Numbered from the stretch's first letter, positions 39,729 through 49,036 are shown. The stretch: 64,000 bases of DNA from Bacillota bacterium (GCA_040754315.1 JBFMCS010000049.1:8347-72346), one strand, 5' to 3'. Made by a program: numbers and translations. The notes: generated by a model from the letters alone, not told the origin.

Positions 39729-40035
39729 TTCGATCTCCTCCTTGAGTTCCCGAAGTCGAAGGTGCCTCTGGGTCACTGGGGCCCGGGGCGTTCCCTAGCA
39801 GCCGAGCCGGGGTGTCCATCACCTCCTGTCATGCGATACATGACGCACCGGATGGCTGCCCCAAGACTCGTGCCCCAGCCTGCGGTTGTGGGATCCTGGG
39901 CGGAGCCACGCCGGTTCCTTGAATGTGGTACAACGCAAGAACTGTGCCTGGTGAGACTTGGCTGTTCAGGGGCCCTCAGTGTCCTTGGATTTATCAATCC
40001 AGATAACAAAAGCGCCGGCGTGCCCCCTTCCGGTG

Positions 40036-40053
40036 CTTATCGCGTTCGATAAG
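40036..40053. promoter_or_regulatory. 18-bp palindrome CTTATCGCGTTCGATAAG in the operon leader
   Basis: 7-bp arms with a 4-nt spacer, in the 460-nt region upstream of the minus-strand catabolic operon. Confidence 0.3.
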
Positions 40054-40237
40054 GATTATTGTTTTGAATAAACATCTAGCTCCGGCAACAGGAAGAACGC
40101 GAGAGCCCGGCGCCATGGAACCCTACAGGCTGACCACGGGAAAACAAACTCGCCGGAGCGATCGGGGCTTCAAGAGGGAACGCTGGCTTGGGGCGTTCCG
40201 GGGAGGGCCTGCAATTTGGGGGCTAAACCTGTGCCCC

Positions 40238-40807
40238 CTACAGGGTTACCGTGTTCCCCAGGCTCACCCTCTCACTGATCTCGTACATGTTGGTAACCCG
40301 GCCTACGGACAGCCTTTCCCTAAGCCCGTAGAAATCCAGGCAAGTACCGCAGGAGAGAACCTCAGCCCCGGCTTCCTCCAGGGCCTTCAGCACATCCACC
40401 TGCTCGGAGCCCTCTGTAGTAAGGAAAACACCCTCGTTCATGAAGATAAGGCAGCACGGAGGGTTCTCCAATTCCGTGAGGGTGTACAGGAAGGTCGCCA
40501 TGAGGGCCCGGCCCAGTTCTGGATCACCCTGGCCTACGCGGCGCCCAGTTACCAGGTAGACACACCCGCCGCCAGATGGCGAAACGGCGCAGGCGGTCTT
40601 GTCTATGAGAACCTTGAAGGCCTCCCCCTCGGGGTGTATCCTTGCGTCGAAACCGGCACGCTTGGCGTAGGCACCCACGTTCTCAGCGGCCTCCTTGGTG
40701 TCCACAAGGCACTCCAGGCGCCCGGAGTCAATGTCCTCCAGGGCCCTCTTCGTCTTCACCACTGGGAAAGGGCATGCCAGTCCCCGGCAATCCAGTAACA
40801 CAAGCAT
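40238..40807 (-). CDS. yedF: YedF-like protein (TusA-like CPxP domain fused to a DsrE/DsrF-like domain)
   Basis: N-terminal LDCRGLACPFPVVK TusA motif. The C-terminal half is DsrE-like. Confidence 0.6.
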   Translation of the reverse strand: MLVLLDCRGLACPFPVVKTKRALEDIDSGRLECLVDTKEAAENVGAYAKRAGFDARIHPEGEAFKVLIDKTACAVSPSGGGCVYLVTGRRVGQGDPELGRALMATFLYTLTELENPPCCLIFMNEGVFLTTEGSEQVDVLKALEEAGAEVLSCGTCLDFYGLRERLSVGRVTNMYEISERVSLGNTVTL

Positions 40808-40949
40808 CCCTCCAGAATGTAGACTTGGTGGTGCATTCTATAGGGTGCCCCGCATACCCTTCCGCACTGGCAGGAAGAATGCGCTGCGGCGCGGAACCAA
40901 TTAGTTATGTTAACGTCTAAGAAGATATCACAGCACTAGGGGGATACCG

Positions 40950-42434
40950 GTGCGCCTGCGCACGCAGCACTCAGCCATCTTGGTGACGATACTTGTGATG
41001 TGCGCCTGGGCACTGGCCGGGTGTGCCCAGGACCCCAGGGCCGGTGAACCCAGGGGGAGGCCTGGGGGGCTCGCCAGCGAATGGTGCCTCATCCAGGAGG
41101 CCATGGGCCTTGAGGTTCAGGATGCCCGTATCCTGGAGATGCAGCTGTCCGTGGACTATGATACCCAAGACATAAAGGCTGCTGCCATCGCCTTCTACGT
41201 TCCAGGTGATGGCGGCAGCGTTCACTTCGCCCAGAGGCTCCTGGGGGAGGCAGCCTACCGGATCACCTCCTCCCGGCCCTCGTACCCCATGGATCCTGGG
41301 GAAATGGTACCATTGGATGATCTCATCGCCCAGGTCGACCTTGCCGGCCTTGATGCCCTGGTATACCACGCCGGTGAGTACTCCTGGCTTGAGGTGTCCC
41401 TAGTGGAGGAGACCGGTCAGGTCTTGGGGATTGAGCCTGGCAGGACCTGGTTCCTCCTTGAGGACGGGATAGCCGAAGAACTCAAAGACACCGAGGTGGC
41501 CGTGGTCTCGGGGCGGCTGGTGTACCTCTACACCGCCCCGGTAGGGGATCGTTCCGGAGACACCGGCCAGCCGAAGCGCCGGGGCTATCTCCTTACTGGG
41601 CTGGGGGGTACGGTGTCGAGGGTGACGTTGGAACCCCCGGACCTCCAGGCGGGGGAGGAGTGGATCACCAGCAAGCTCGCGGACCTGGACGGCGACGGGT
41701 TAGGTGAAGTCATCCACCTCGTGGGTACGAGGAGCGAGGAACACCTTCCCGCGCCTGACCGGAAGTGGCTCCTGGTAGGGAGCGGCAGCGAGGCGCTCAG
41801 GCTGGAGGTGCCCAGTGGGGACACTCAGTATGGGACCCACTTCGAGCTCAGGGATCTAACCGGGGACGGCTGCCCGGAGATGCTCTTCTACGAGTACATA
41901 GGGGGCAGCGGCAACATAGTGGACCTGAACGTGTTCTCCCTTAGGAACGGAGGGCTTTGGCCCCTTTTTGTCGCGGCCGACCATCACAATATCCCCGGGA
42001 TCCATGTGGAGTACCTTGGGGATAACATGGCCAGCCTGTACCTGCCTTCACTGGGCCTGGCGTGGGTGTTTCCCCTTTGCGGATCCTACCAGGGAAGCAT
42101 TGTCTCCCCGCAGTTTCACCCAGACTGGGTTGACCCCTTCTCCGACTACGACCTGGTGGACCTGGATGGTGACGGTGCGGTTGAGATCATCGGCTACCAG
42201 AGGGTGTGCGGCTCCGCCCACGTGGACATCATCGCCGATCTCCGCCAGGTGTTCTCCTGGAATGGGGAGGCCTTTGTGCTCCAGGATGTGCTCCTAAGCA
42301 CCCCCGGCTGGGGAGGGGAGTTGATCGAGCCCTTCGTTCACCCGCCGGTGAGGTTTGTGTTGCCCGGGACCACCGGTACCAGTATAATGTTTGTAAGAGG
42401 ACAACCGAATACAGGCCCCACGGGAACCTCGTGA
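40950..42434 (+). CDS. Lipoprotein with FG-GAP/VCBS-like DxDGDG repeats
   Basis: Signal peptide LVMCAWALAGC. Repeated DLDGDG / DLTGDG motifs. Confidence 0.5.
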   Translation: MRLRTQHSAILVTILVMCAWALAGCAQDPRAGEPRGRPGGLASEWCLIQEAMGLEVQDARILEMQLSVDYDTQDIKAAAIAFYVPGDGGSVHFAQRLLGEAAYRITSSRPSYPMDPGEMVPLDDLIAQVDLAGLDALVYHAGEYSWLEVSLVEETGQVLGIEPGRTWFLLEDGIAEELKDTEVAVVSGRLVYLYTAPVGDRSGDTGQPKRRGYLLTGLGGTVSRVTLEPPDLQAGEEWITSKLADLDGDGLGEVIHLVGTRSEEHLPAPDRKWLLVGSGSEALRLEVPSGDTQYGTHFELRDLTGDGCPEMLFYEYIGGSGNIVDLNVFSLRNGGLWPLFVAADHHNIPGIHVEYLGDNMASLYLPSLGLAWVFPLCGSYQGSIVSPQFHPDWVDPFSDYDLVDLDGDGAVEIIGYQRVCGSAHVDIIADLRQVFSWNGEAFVLQDVLLSTPGWGGELIEPFVHPPVRFVLPGTTGTSIMFVRGQPNTGPTGTS

Positions 42435-42660
42435 GAGGGAAGAGGGAATCGGGTGCGAATCCCGAGCGGTCCCGCCACTGTAACCGGGGAGAGAGCCCGC
42501 GCTGATCCACTGTCCTGGATGGGATGGGAAGGAGCGGGTCATCCATGAGCCGGAAGCCAGGAGACCTGCCTGTGGCGGTGCGTACGATACCCCTTCGATG
42601 GAAAGAGCGGTGTACGTGAGGCTTAGTTGATAGGGCCTTCTACCATAGGGGTAGAAGGCC
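42435..42660 (+). ncRNA. Cobalamin riboswitch (aptamer about 42440-42580) with expression-platform terminator hairpin (42624-42651)
   Basis: Conserved GGTGCGAATCC ... GCCACTG elements and B12-box GCCGGAAGCCAGGAGACCTGCC. 10-bp hairpin GGCCTTCTAC-cataggg-GTAGAAGGCC followed by TTGAAGTTT. Confidence 0.85.
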
Positions 42661-42686
42661 TTGAAGTTTCCCGGGGAGGTGGGAGA

Positions 42687-44090
42687 ATGCTGAGGGCTCC
42701 ACGACTGGTAGTGGCAGGGACCCACAGCGGGGTGGGCAAGACCACGGTGGCGACAGGCCTCATGGCGGCGCTCTCCAGGAGGGGCCACGCCGTCCAGGGC
42801 TTCAAGGTTGGCCCCGACTACATTGATCCTGCGTTTCACGCCTCTGCCAGCGGGAGTCCATCACGGAACCTGGACCCGTGGCTAACTGGAGAGGACGGCG
42901 TCCTGGGGATCTTCACCTCCCGGGCCAAGGAGATCTCGGTGATCGAAGGGGTGATGGGACTGTTCGATGGCGGTCCCCGGCCAGAGGGCGGTTCAGCCCT
43001 GGCACCCGGCGGGGGATGGGGGAGTACAGCCCATGTGGCCATGATGCTCAAGGCCCCTGTGTTACTTGTCCTAGACGCAGCAGCCCTGGCCAGGAGCGCA
43101 GCTGCAATGGTCAAAGGCTACCTAACCTTCGAGCCTGGCCTTCATGTCTCGGGGTGTATTGTAAACAAGGTATCCGGCCCGGGCCACATCAGGTCCCTGA
43201 AGCGCCACATAGAGGGGGAGGCAGGGGTGCCAGTGGTGGGGGCGATCCCGGCCAGCGCGGGGCTACGACTGCCCGAACGCCACCTGGGCCTCGTGCCAGC
43301 CAGGGAGACGGAGGCCCTGGCCGAGGTCATCCACCACATGGGCCAGGTTATTGAGGAACACGTTGACCTGGAAGCCCTGTGGGACCTGGCCAGTGCCGCG
43401 CCCCCGCTGCCCAGGCCAGCACTTCCGCAACCCTCCAGGTTCCCCGGGGTACGAGTAGGAGTGGCCATGGACCAGGCATTTCACTTCTACTACCAGGATG
43501 CCCTGGACCTCTTGGAGAGCATGGGGGCGGAGATTCGCCTCTTTAGCCCGCTGGAGGACCGGTCGCTGCCTGCCGTGGATGGCATCATCATCGGAGGAGG
43601 CTTTCCCGAGGTGTTCCTGGAGCCCCTTTCCGCCAACAAAGGGCTCATGGAGGAGATTGTGTCCAGGGTCAAGGAGGGTATGCCCCTCTACGCCGAGTGT
43701 GGTGGCCTCATGTACCTGTGCCGTGAGGTAGATGACCTCGACGGCCGGTCCTATCCCATGGCCGGCCTGGTGCCCGCCCGGGCTGTCATGACCCAGGGCT
43801 TGGCGGGGTTCGGCTACGTCACCGCTCTTCTTGCCAGGGACTCCATACTCGGCGGCGCTGGTGATAAGGTCCGGGGGCATGAGTTTCACTACTCACGCCT
43901 GGTGCCCCTGGGAGACCTGGGGGTACAGCCCTATCTAGTATCCTGGGGCGTGGACGAAGAGGGATGGCCCGAGGGGTACCAGTTCCGGAACGCCCTGTGC
44001 TCCTATGTTCACATTCATCTCTTGGGAAACCCCCGGGCGGCCCAGCGCTTCCTGGGTGCCTGCATGAGGTTTCGGATGGGTGAGGCCTAG
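42687..44090 (+). CDS. cbiA: Cobyrinate a,c-diamide synthase
   Basis: VAGTHSGVGKTTV P-loop and a C-terminal glutamine amidotransferase domain. ATG at 42687 after GGAGGTGGGAG. Confidence 0.85.
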   Translation: MLRAPRLVVAGTHSGVGKTTVATGLMAALSRRGHAVQGFKVGPDYIDPAFHASASGSPSRNLDPWLTGEDGVLGIFTSRAKEISVIEGVMGLFDGGPRPEGGSALAPGGGWGSTAHVAMMLKAPVLLVLDAAALARSAAAMVKGYLTFEPGLHVSGCIVNKVSGPGHIRSLKRHIEGEAGVPVVGAIPASAGLRLPERHLGLVPARETEALAEVIHHMGQVIEEHVDLEALWDLASAAPPLPRPALPQPSRFPGVRVGVAMDQAFHFYYQDALDLLESMGAEIRLFSPLEDRSLPAVDGIIIGGGFPEVFLEPLSANKGLMEEIVSRVKEGMPLYAECGGLMYLCREVDDLDGRSYPMAGLVPARAVMTQGLAGFGYVTALLARDSILGGAGDKVRGHEFHYSRLVPLGDLGVQPYLVSWGVDEEGWPEGYQFRNALCSYVHIHLLGNPRAAQRFLGACMRFRMGEA

Positions 44091-44142
44091 GGGCGTGAAT
44101 TCCAGCGGCCGGCGTGAGCCCCGCCGCGAAAGGGGAAGCGGC

Positions 44143-44664
44143 ATGGACAGGCAGGGTCTCGTGATGATATTCACTGGGGACGGCAAGGGCAAGACCACCG
44201 CCGCGGTGGGGCTTGGGGTGAGGGCAGCCGGGCATGACAGGCGGGTCCTGATGATACAGTTCCTGAAGGGCTCAGGCAGGGACTACGGAGAGGCGAGGGC
44301 GCTGCAGTCACTCCCATCATTCAGGGTGGCTAGGTATGGGCAAGGCTTTGTCCTCGGTGATCCCGATGAGGCTCACATCCGCAGGGCTCGGGAGGGGCTA
44401 GCCAGGGCCCGGGAGGCCATGGCTGCCAGGGAGTGCGACCTTCTCATCCTGGATGAGATCAATGTGGCCATCGCATGCAGGCTGGTGAGGCTGGAGGAGG
44501 TCCTGGACCTCCTGGCGGGAAGGCCCCAGGACATGGATGTGGTACTGACTGGAAGAGGAGCACCAAGGGCCCTCATGGACCAGGCCCACATGGTCAGCGA
44601 TGTCCAGGAGGTGAAGCACCACTACAGGACGGGGGTCCAGGCGCAGGCAGGGGTGGAGTTCTGA
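44143..44664 (+). CDS. cobO: Cob(I)yrinic acid a,c-diamide adenosyltransferase (CobO/BtuR)
   Basis: FTGDGKGKTTAA P-loop and IQFLKG motif. Confidence 0.85.
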   Translation: MDRQGLVMIFTGDGKGKTTAAVGLGVRAAGHDRRVLMIQFLKGSGRDYGEARALQSLPSFRVARYGQGFVLGDPDEAHIRRAREGLARAREAMAARECDLLILDEINVAIACRLVRLEEVLDLLAGRPQDMDVVLTGRGAPRALMDQAHMVSDVQEVKHHYRTGVQAQAGVEF

Positions 44665-44996
44665 GGGGCCGGAGCCGGGTGGCGCTAGGGCTGGCTGGAA
44701 TGTGCTGGCCCCCTCTCAAGTTGCCTCGCGCTGTCCCTGAGAGCCGAATGGTAGAGGGGGGTCCCGGACTACCCTGAGCAGCCAGGATCGCGGGCGACAC
44801 TGGGTGCCAGGCGCCCTGGTGATGTGGTCTTTCGCAGGACCGCCCTTCCGGGAAGAGGATGCTAGGACGCAACGTCGAAATCAGCCCAGGTTAGCGCCAA
44901 GCAAACCCGGTGTGCTTGGATTGGTCACCGGGTCTCAGGCCCTGGGGAGAACGCTCCGCTACCGGCGGCATGCTCTGATGAGACAGGGGTTACCTA

Positions 44997-45938
44997 GTGA
45001 GAATTCTTTCATCTGAGGAAAAGGGTTACTTGATGGCAGCAGGCTCAGCAGCTGTGCTTTCCACAACCGTTCTCATGAGCAAGTTCATGTTCGCCCTGGG
45101 AACAGGCCCGACAGTGGTAGCTGCCTACAGGGCGGTGGCCGCCGCGGCACTTCTGGCAGTGGGGCTGGCTGTGGGGAACTCCCGGCTGCTGAAGGTGGAA
45201 GGGAAGGGGCTGCTGTCCCTGGCCGCCATGGGTCTGGTCATGGGCCTGTCCAACGCTTTGTACTTCAACGCCCTCCAGCGCACGGCTGCGGCCGTTGCCG
45301 TCATGCTCCTGTACACCTACCCAGGCTTCCTGACCCTCTTCGAACGGCTGGTGGAGCACAGGCCCATCGGGAAGAACAAGACCACGGCACTCATCCTGAC
45401 CTTCTCGGGCTGCCTCGTCCTGACCGGGGCCTACCAGCCCTCGATCCTGGTGTCCAACCTCCCGGGAACCCTCCTGGGAATTGGAGCCGCAGCGTGCCTC
45501 GCCCTCTACGCCATCCTCGGAAAGCGCCTCACGCACCGGCATGACCCCCTTACCGTCAACCTCTACTCCTTCGTGTTCGGCGGGGCCTTCCTGTTCATGG
45601 TGTCACCACCCCAGGCCTTCCTCTCGGCTCACCTGGGGCCCCGGGAGTGGGGGGCAGTCCTCTATCTCGCACTGGGTCCAATGATCCTGGGTTACTGGCT
45701 TTTCTTCAAGGCCTTGAGACACCTGGAGGCCAGCCGGATGGGGATCACAGGCATGCTGGAGCCTGTCCTGGGCGCGGTGTGGGGCTGGGTGTTCTTCAAT
45801 GAGGCACTCACCTTGAGCCAGGGATTGGGGGGTGCCATGGCCCTGCTGGGAGTGGGCACGCTCCGCCTCCTTCCCGAGGCAAAGCACCGCGAGACCGCCG
45901 GGACTACCCAGGAGACTCCCGCTCGGTCTTCACGCTGA
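44997..45938 (+). CDS. DMT-superfamily (EamA) transporter
   Basis: Ten predicted TM helices. Confidence 0.65.
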   Translation: MRILSSEEKGYLMAAGSAAVLSTTVLMSKFMFALGTGPTVVAAYRAVAAAALLAVGLAVGNSRLLKVEGKGLLSLAAMGLVMGLSNALYFNALQRTAAAVAVMLLYTYPGFLTLFERLVEHRPIGKNKTTALILTFSGCLVLTGAYQPSILVSNLPGTLLGIGAAACLALYAILGKRLTHRHDPLTVNLYSFVFGGAFLFMVSPPQAFLSAHLGPREWGAVLYLALGPMILGYWLFFKALRHLEASRMGITGMLEPVLGAVWGWVFFNEALTLSQGLGGAMALLGVGTLRLLPEAKHRETAGTTQETPARSSR

Positions 45939-46848
45939 AGGACTCCCCGCCTGTGGTTATCACGATGGTGCCGTGCAGGTCAGTCCGGAGGATCTCCACC
46001 TCCATACCCTGGAGTCTCTCCAGTACCTCCTGGTGGGGGTGCCCGTAACTGTTGCCCTCCCCCGCGGATATAATCGCAATTGATGGTGAGACAGCCTCAA
46101 GGAAGACCTCCGAGCTGGACGACTGGCTCCCATGATGCCCGGCCTTTAGGATGTCTGCCCTGGGAGACATGGATGAAGACAGGAGCATGTGGCCCTCTGA
46201 CTCCGCCTCGGCATCCCCTGTAAATAGAAGAGAGACACTCCCGTACTCCACCTTGAGCACCGCGGAGGAATCATTCAAGGAGAGCCCTTCCCGGGGGAAA
46301 GGCGCCAGGAAGGAGGCCCTGAGACCAGGCTCGTCAAGCATGGTAACACCAGCCCGGGCCTCCGTTATCCGGAGGCCTTTCTCTTGGATGGCCAGTAGAA
46401 GCCTCTCATAGGTGATGGTGGTGTGGGATGTCCTGGGCATGTAGACCTCCCCCACGCTGAATTCCCGGATTACCGCTGCCATGCCCCCTATGTGGTCGGC
46501 ATGGGGGTGAGTGGCTATGAGGTGGTGGATGTGGGCAATGCCCTGGACCTTGAGGTAGGCGATGACAGTAGAGGAGGCGCCATTATCACCCGCATCAATA
46601 AGCACGCTCTCCCCGTTAGGCAGCCTGAGGAGGATGGAGTCTCCTTGTCCCACATCGATGAAGTGAGCCGAGAGTTCGCCTTCCCCAAGGCTAGGCTCGC
46701 CTGGAGCCGACCCGGCTTCCGGGGCTGGGGGTAGCTCTTCCTGGACTCCGCCCTCCCCGTCTTGACCCCAGCCGCAGCCGGGGATCACCAGTGACAGGGC
46801 AACCAGCACCAGGACCATGAGTGCCAGTAATCTGGCTCTAATCTTCAC
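45904..46848 (-). CDS. ComEC/Rec2-related MBL-fold metallo-hydrolase, secreted lipoprotein
   Basis: HPHADHIGG metal motif and a lipobox signal peptide. Confidence 0.7.
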   Translation of the reverse strand: MKIRARLLALMVLVLVALSLVIPGCGWGQDGEGGVQEELPPAPEAGSAPGEPSLGEGELSAHFIDVGQGDSILLRLPNGESVLIDAGDNGASSTVIAYLKVQGIAHIHHLIATHPHADHIGGMAAVIREFSVGEVYMPRTSHTTITYERLLLAIQEKGLRITEARAGVTMLDEPGLRASFLAPFPREGLSLNDSSAVLKVEYGSVSLLFTGDAEAESEGHMLLSSSMSPRADILKAGHHGSQSSSSEVFLEAVSPSIAIISAGEGNSYGHPHQEVLERLQGMEVEILRTDLHGTIVITTGGESFSVKTERESPG

Positions 46849-46863
46849 GGGCTACCCCTCCAT

Positions 46864-47061
46864 CTAGCGGAACAGATCGTCCTCCAGGCTTTTAATCCTG
46901 CTTTTGCGCTTATTTGTAGTGTCGATGTCAACGGCGATGCTGATGTGGAGAACGTCACCCTCCTTGGCTCCAGAAGGCAGCAGTGTCTTGGGGAGGTTGA
47001 AGGTCGTCCCCTGGTACTCCACCACTGCCCACTCTCCTTCAAAGCGATCTACGGTAAGCAA
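46864..47061 (-). CDS. DUF3006-domain protein
   Basis: 65 aa (MLTVDRFEGEWAVVEY...). Conserved partner of ComEC-like MBL hydrolases. Confidence 0.6.
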   Translation of the reverse strand: MLTVDRFEGEWAVVEYQGTTFNLPKTLLPSGAKEGDVLHISIAVDIDTTNKRKSRIKSLEDDLFR

Positions 47062-47336
47062 CCCGATCCCCCCATAGAGAGCTTGATCTCCTCGAATTAT
47101 TTCACCCGTACTTCACAGTCTCCTGCCGGGCAATAGGATTAATGCAAGCCAGGGCCTGGCAAGGAAAACGGCTGGCCATCCCCCAAAAACCCCTGGAGAG
47201 GGGAAGGAGGCGTCCAATGGTGCCAAGCGGCCTGCAAGGCTATCGCCCTCCGGGGCAAAGAGGGGGTGGTTTCGGGTCAGCCAGCTAGAGCAAGATATCT
47301 TCGCTATAGAAGAACCCGGGCACGTGAGGGCCTTCC

Positions 47337-48027
47337 TCATTGACGGGGAGCGCCGGACTGCGAGACAGTGGCATGGACTTTGCCGATATCAGGGCCTGCG
47401 TAGAACCCTACGCCAGGGAGGGCATCGTCGTCCTGAACACCCACTAGCACACGGGGGATGCCTGGGGACTGGAGGTGACTTGGAGCAGCCAGTACCTGCA
47501 GGAGATCTACATCAGCGAGTGCGTCAAGAACGGGGTCCCCCTTCCTGTAGGTTTCAAGCCAGGTGCCTACCAGATACCCGCGAGTCCAGCCTCTGCCCCC
47601 GGCGTGAGCCTGGCTCCGGGGCCTAATCCCCGCTAATGGCAATGTAGGCGTGGTAGTCCTGGGGAGACTTCTTTGCTAGGTGGAGGCCCAGGTGGGAGCC
47701 CCAGGAATGGCCCACCAGGTAGATCTTGCCAGAGTTGAAACGCTCTTTGAGGTACAGGGTGAGCTCGTGGGCGTTACTGATGGGCAGCCCCGGGCCCACC
47801 GTGTAGCCACAGCAAGACCGGGTTTGATGTGTCCTCCCCCCGCATCAAGACCCACTGGTCCATGCCACCCAGCCGGATCCTCTACAGGGAGGCAACGGCT
47901 TCAGGAAGGATGTTCCCCTCCGTCCCTGACGGGCGGGGTTGAGCCCGGTGACAGGCCGTAGAAGACTGCTAGGAGGACTGCCAGCGGTGTAAGGCCGAAG
48001 ATTAGTAGTCCTTTGCCAAGCGACATG
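47337..48027 (-). pseudogene. Alpha/beta hydrolase (proline iminopeptidase/esterase-like), frameshifted
   Basis: Segments [12 protein letters not shown] and LVGHSWGS (nucleophile elbow) lie in different frames. A TM-anchor N-terminus MSLGKGLLIFGLTPLAVLL is in yet another frame. Confidence 0.45.
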
Positions 48028-48111
48028 TCGCACCTCCTGGCTGGGAGGACTCCACGAGCTAGTCTCCCCAGAACCACTTCCATCCCAGTTCGCTTTCCTG
48101 AGGACCTGGTA

Positions 48112-48321
48112 TCATCGCGTATACTTCAACAGTTTGTAGACCATCCAGATTGCCGACACGACAAAGACAATCCAGATCAGCCAGATAAACCTGGAGAAGC
48201 ACTCAGCAAAATAGGTGCCAAGCAGGATACCGAAGGTGATCATCAGGAATTTGAAGAAACCGTAGTCGACGACAGTGTATTTCTTGGCGGCACTCATAAC
48301 AATTCCAACCGGATTAAGCAT
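48112..48321 (-). CDS. Small hydrophobic 2-TM protein (69 aa) in an AT-rich patch
   Basis: GAGGAGG SD 8 nt upstream of the ATG. Strongly hydrophobic. No family recognised. Confidence 0.4.
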   Translation of the reverse strand: MLNPVGIVMSAAKKYTVVDYGFFKFLMITFGILLGTYFAECFSRFIWLIWIVFVVSAIWMVYKLLKYTR

Positions 48322-48749
48322 GATTATGACCTCCTCTGAGAGAGATATACCTTTCGTCCATTCTAAAGACGAGATGAGATACTGGCTCGCCCCACCCACA
48401 TGCTTGGGACTTTGTGCGGCTAGGTTTATCTCAACCTCCCTCACCACTATATTAAGGGTACACCAATTAGTAACAGTGGGCAATTAGAAAAAGACCCCCA
48501 TGATCGATGAATATGGCTGTCGTTCTTATCGCAAGAAGGTGGCCTCGCATTTGCCTACCAGCGCTGCACTAGCACCGGGGGCGTACTTGCAGAACCTCTT
48601 CTTTCACAGGGGATTCCCTCCTTGGCTAATCTGCGTTGCTATCACTTCACAGATTCGCCCTCAGGACGCGGCATCCTCTGCTTGCCTCAGCCTGATCTGC
48701 CGGTCTCCTGTAGCCTCTTGCCTGACTTTTTCAGGGGCCACTAACTACC

Positions 48750-48788
48750 TTCAAGAAACAATAGAACGTGGGGACAACGCCCCACGTT
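48750..48788 (-). terminator. Rho-independent terminator of the tRNA-Leu pair
   Basis: 9-bp stem AACGTGGGG/CCCCACGTT, followed on the minus strand by CTATTGTTTCTT. Confidence 0.6.
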
Positions 48789-48798
48789 ACATTTCAGG

Positions 48799-48883
48799 TG
48801 GTGTCGGGAGCGGGACTTGAACCCGCACGGCTGTTGCCATACGCCCCTCAAACGTACGCGTCTGCCAATTCCGCCATCCCGAC
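48799..48883 (-). tRNA. tRNA-Leu (anticodon GAG), class II with long variable arm, CCA encoded
   Basis: Manual fold: acceptor GTCGGGA/TCCCGAC, anticodon loop TTGAGGG, T-arm GCGGGTTCAAGTCCCGC. Confidence 0.85.
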
Positions 48884-48897
48884 ATTATTAACATGAA

Positions 48898-48985
48898 TGG
48901 TGCCGAAGGTGGGATTTGAACCCACACAGGCGTTCGCCTACGGCGCCCTGAACACCGCGTGTCTGCCAGTTCCACCACTTCGGCA
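48898..48985 (-). tRNA. tRNA-Leu (anticodon CAG), class II, CCA encoded
   Basis: Manual fold: acceptor GCCGAAG/CTTCGGC, anticodon loop TTCAGGG, T-arm GTGGGTTCAAATCCCAC. Confidence 0.85.
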
Positions 48986-48994
48986 CACAATGCA

Positions 48995-49036
48995 CCATCA
49001 TATTAACACACGAACACGAGGCGTGCAAGGTCAACT
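48995..49036 (-). promoter_or_regulatory. Strong sigma-70 promoter for the tRNA-Leu genes (TTGACC, 18 nt, TGTGTTAATAT)
   Basis: Minus-strand reading TTGACCttgcacgcctcgtgttcgTGTGTTAATAT, ending about 10 nt before the tRNA 5' end. Confidence 0.55.
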
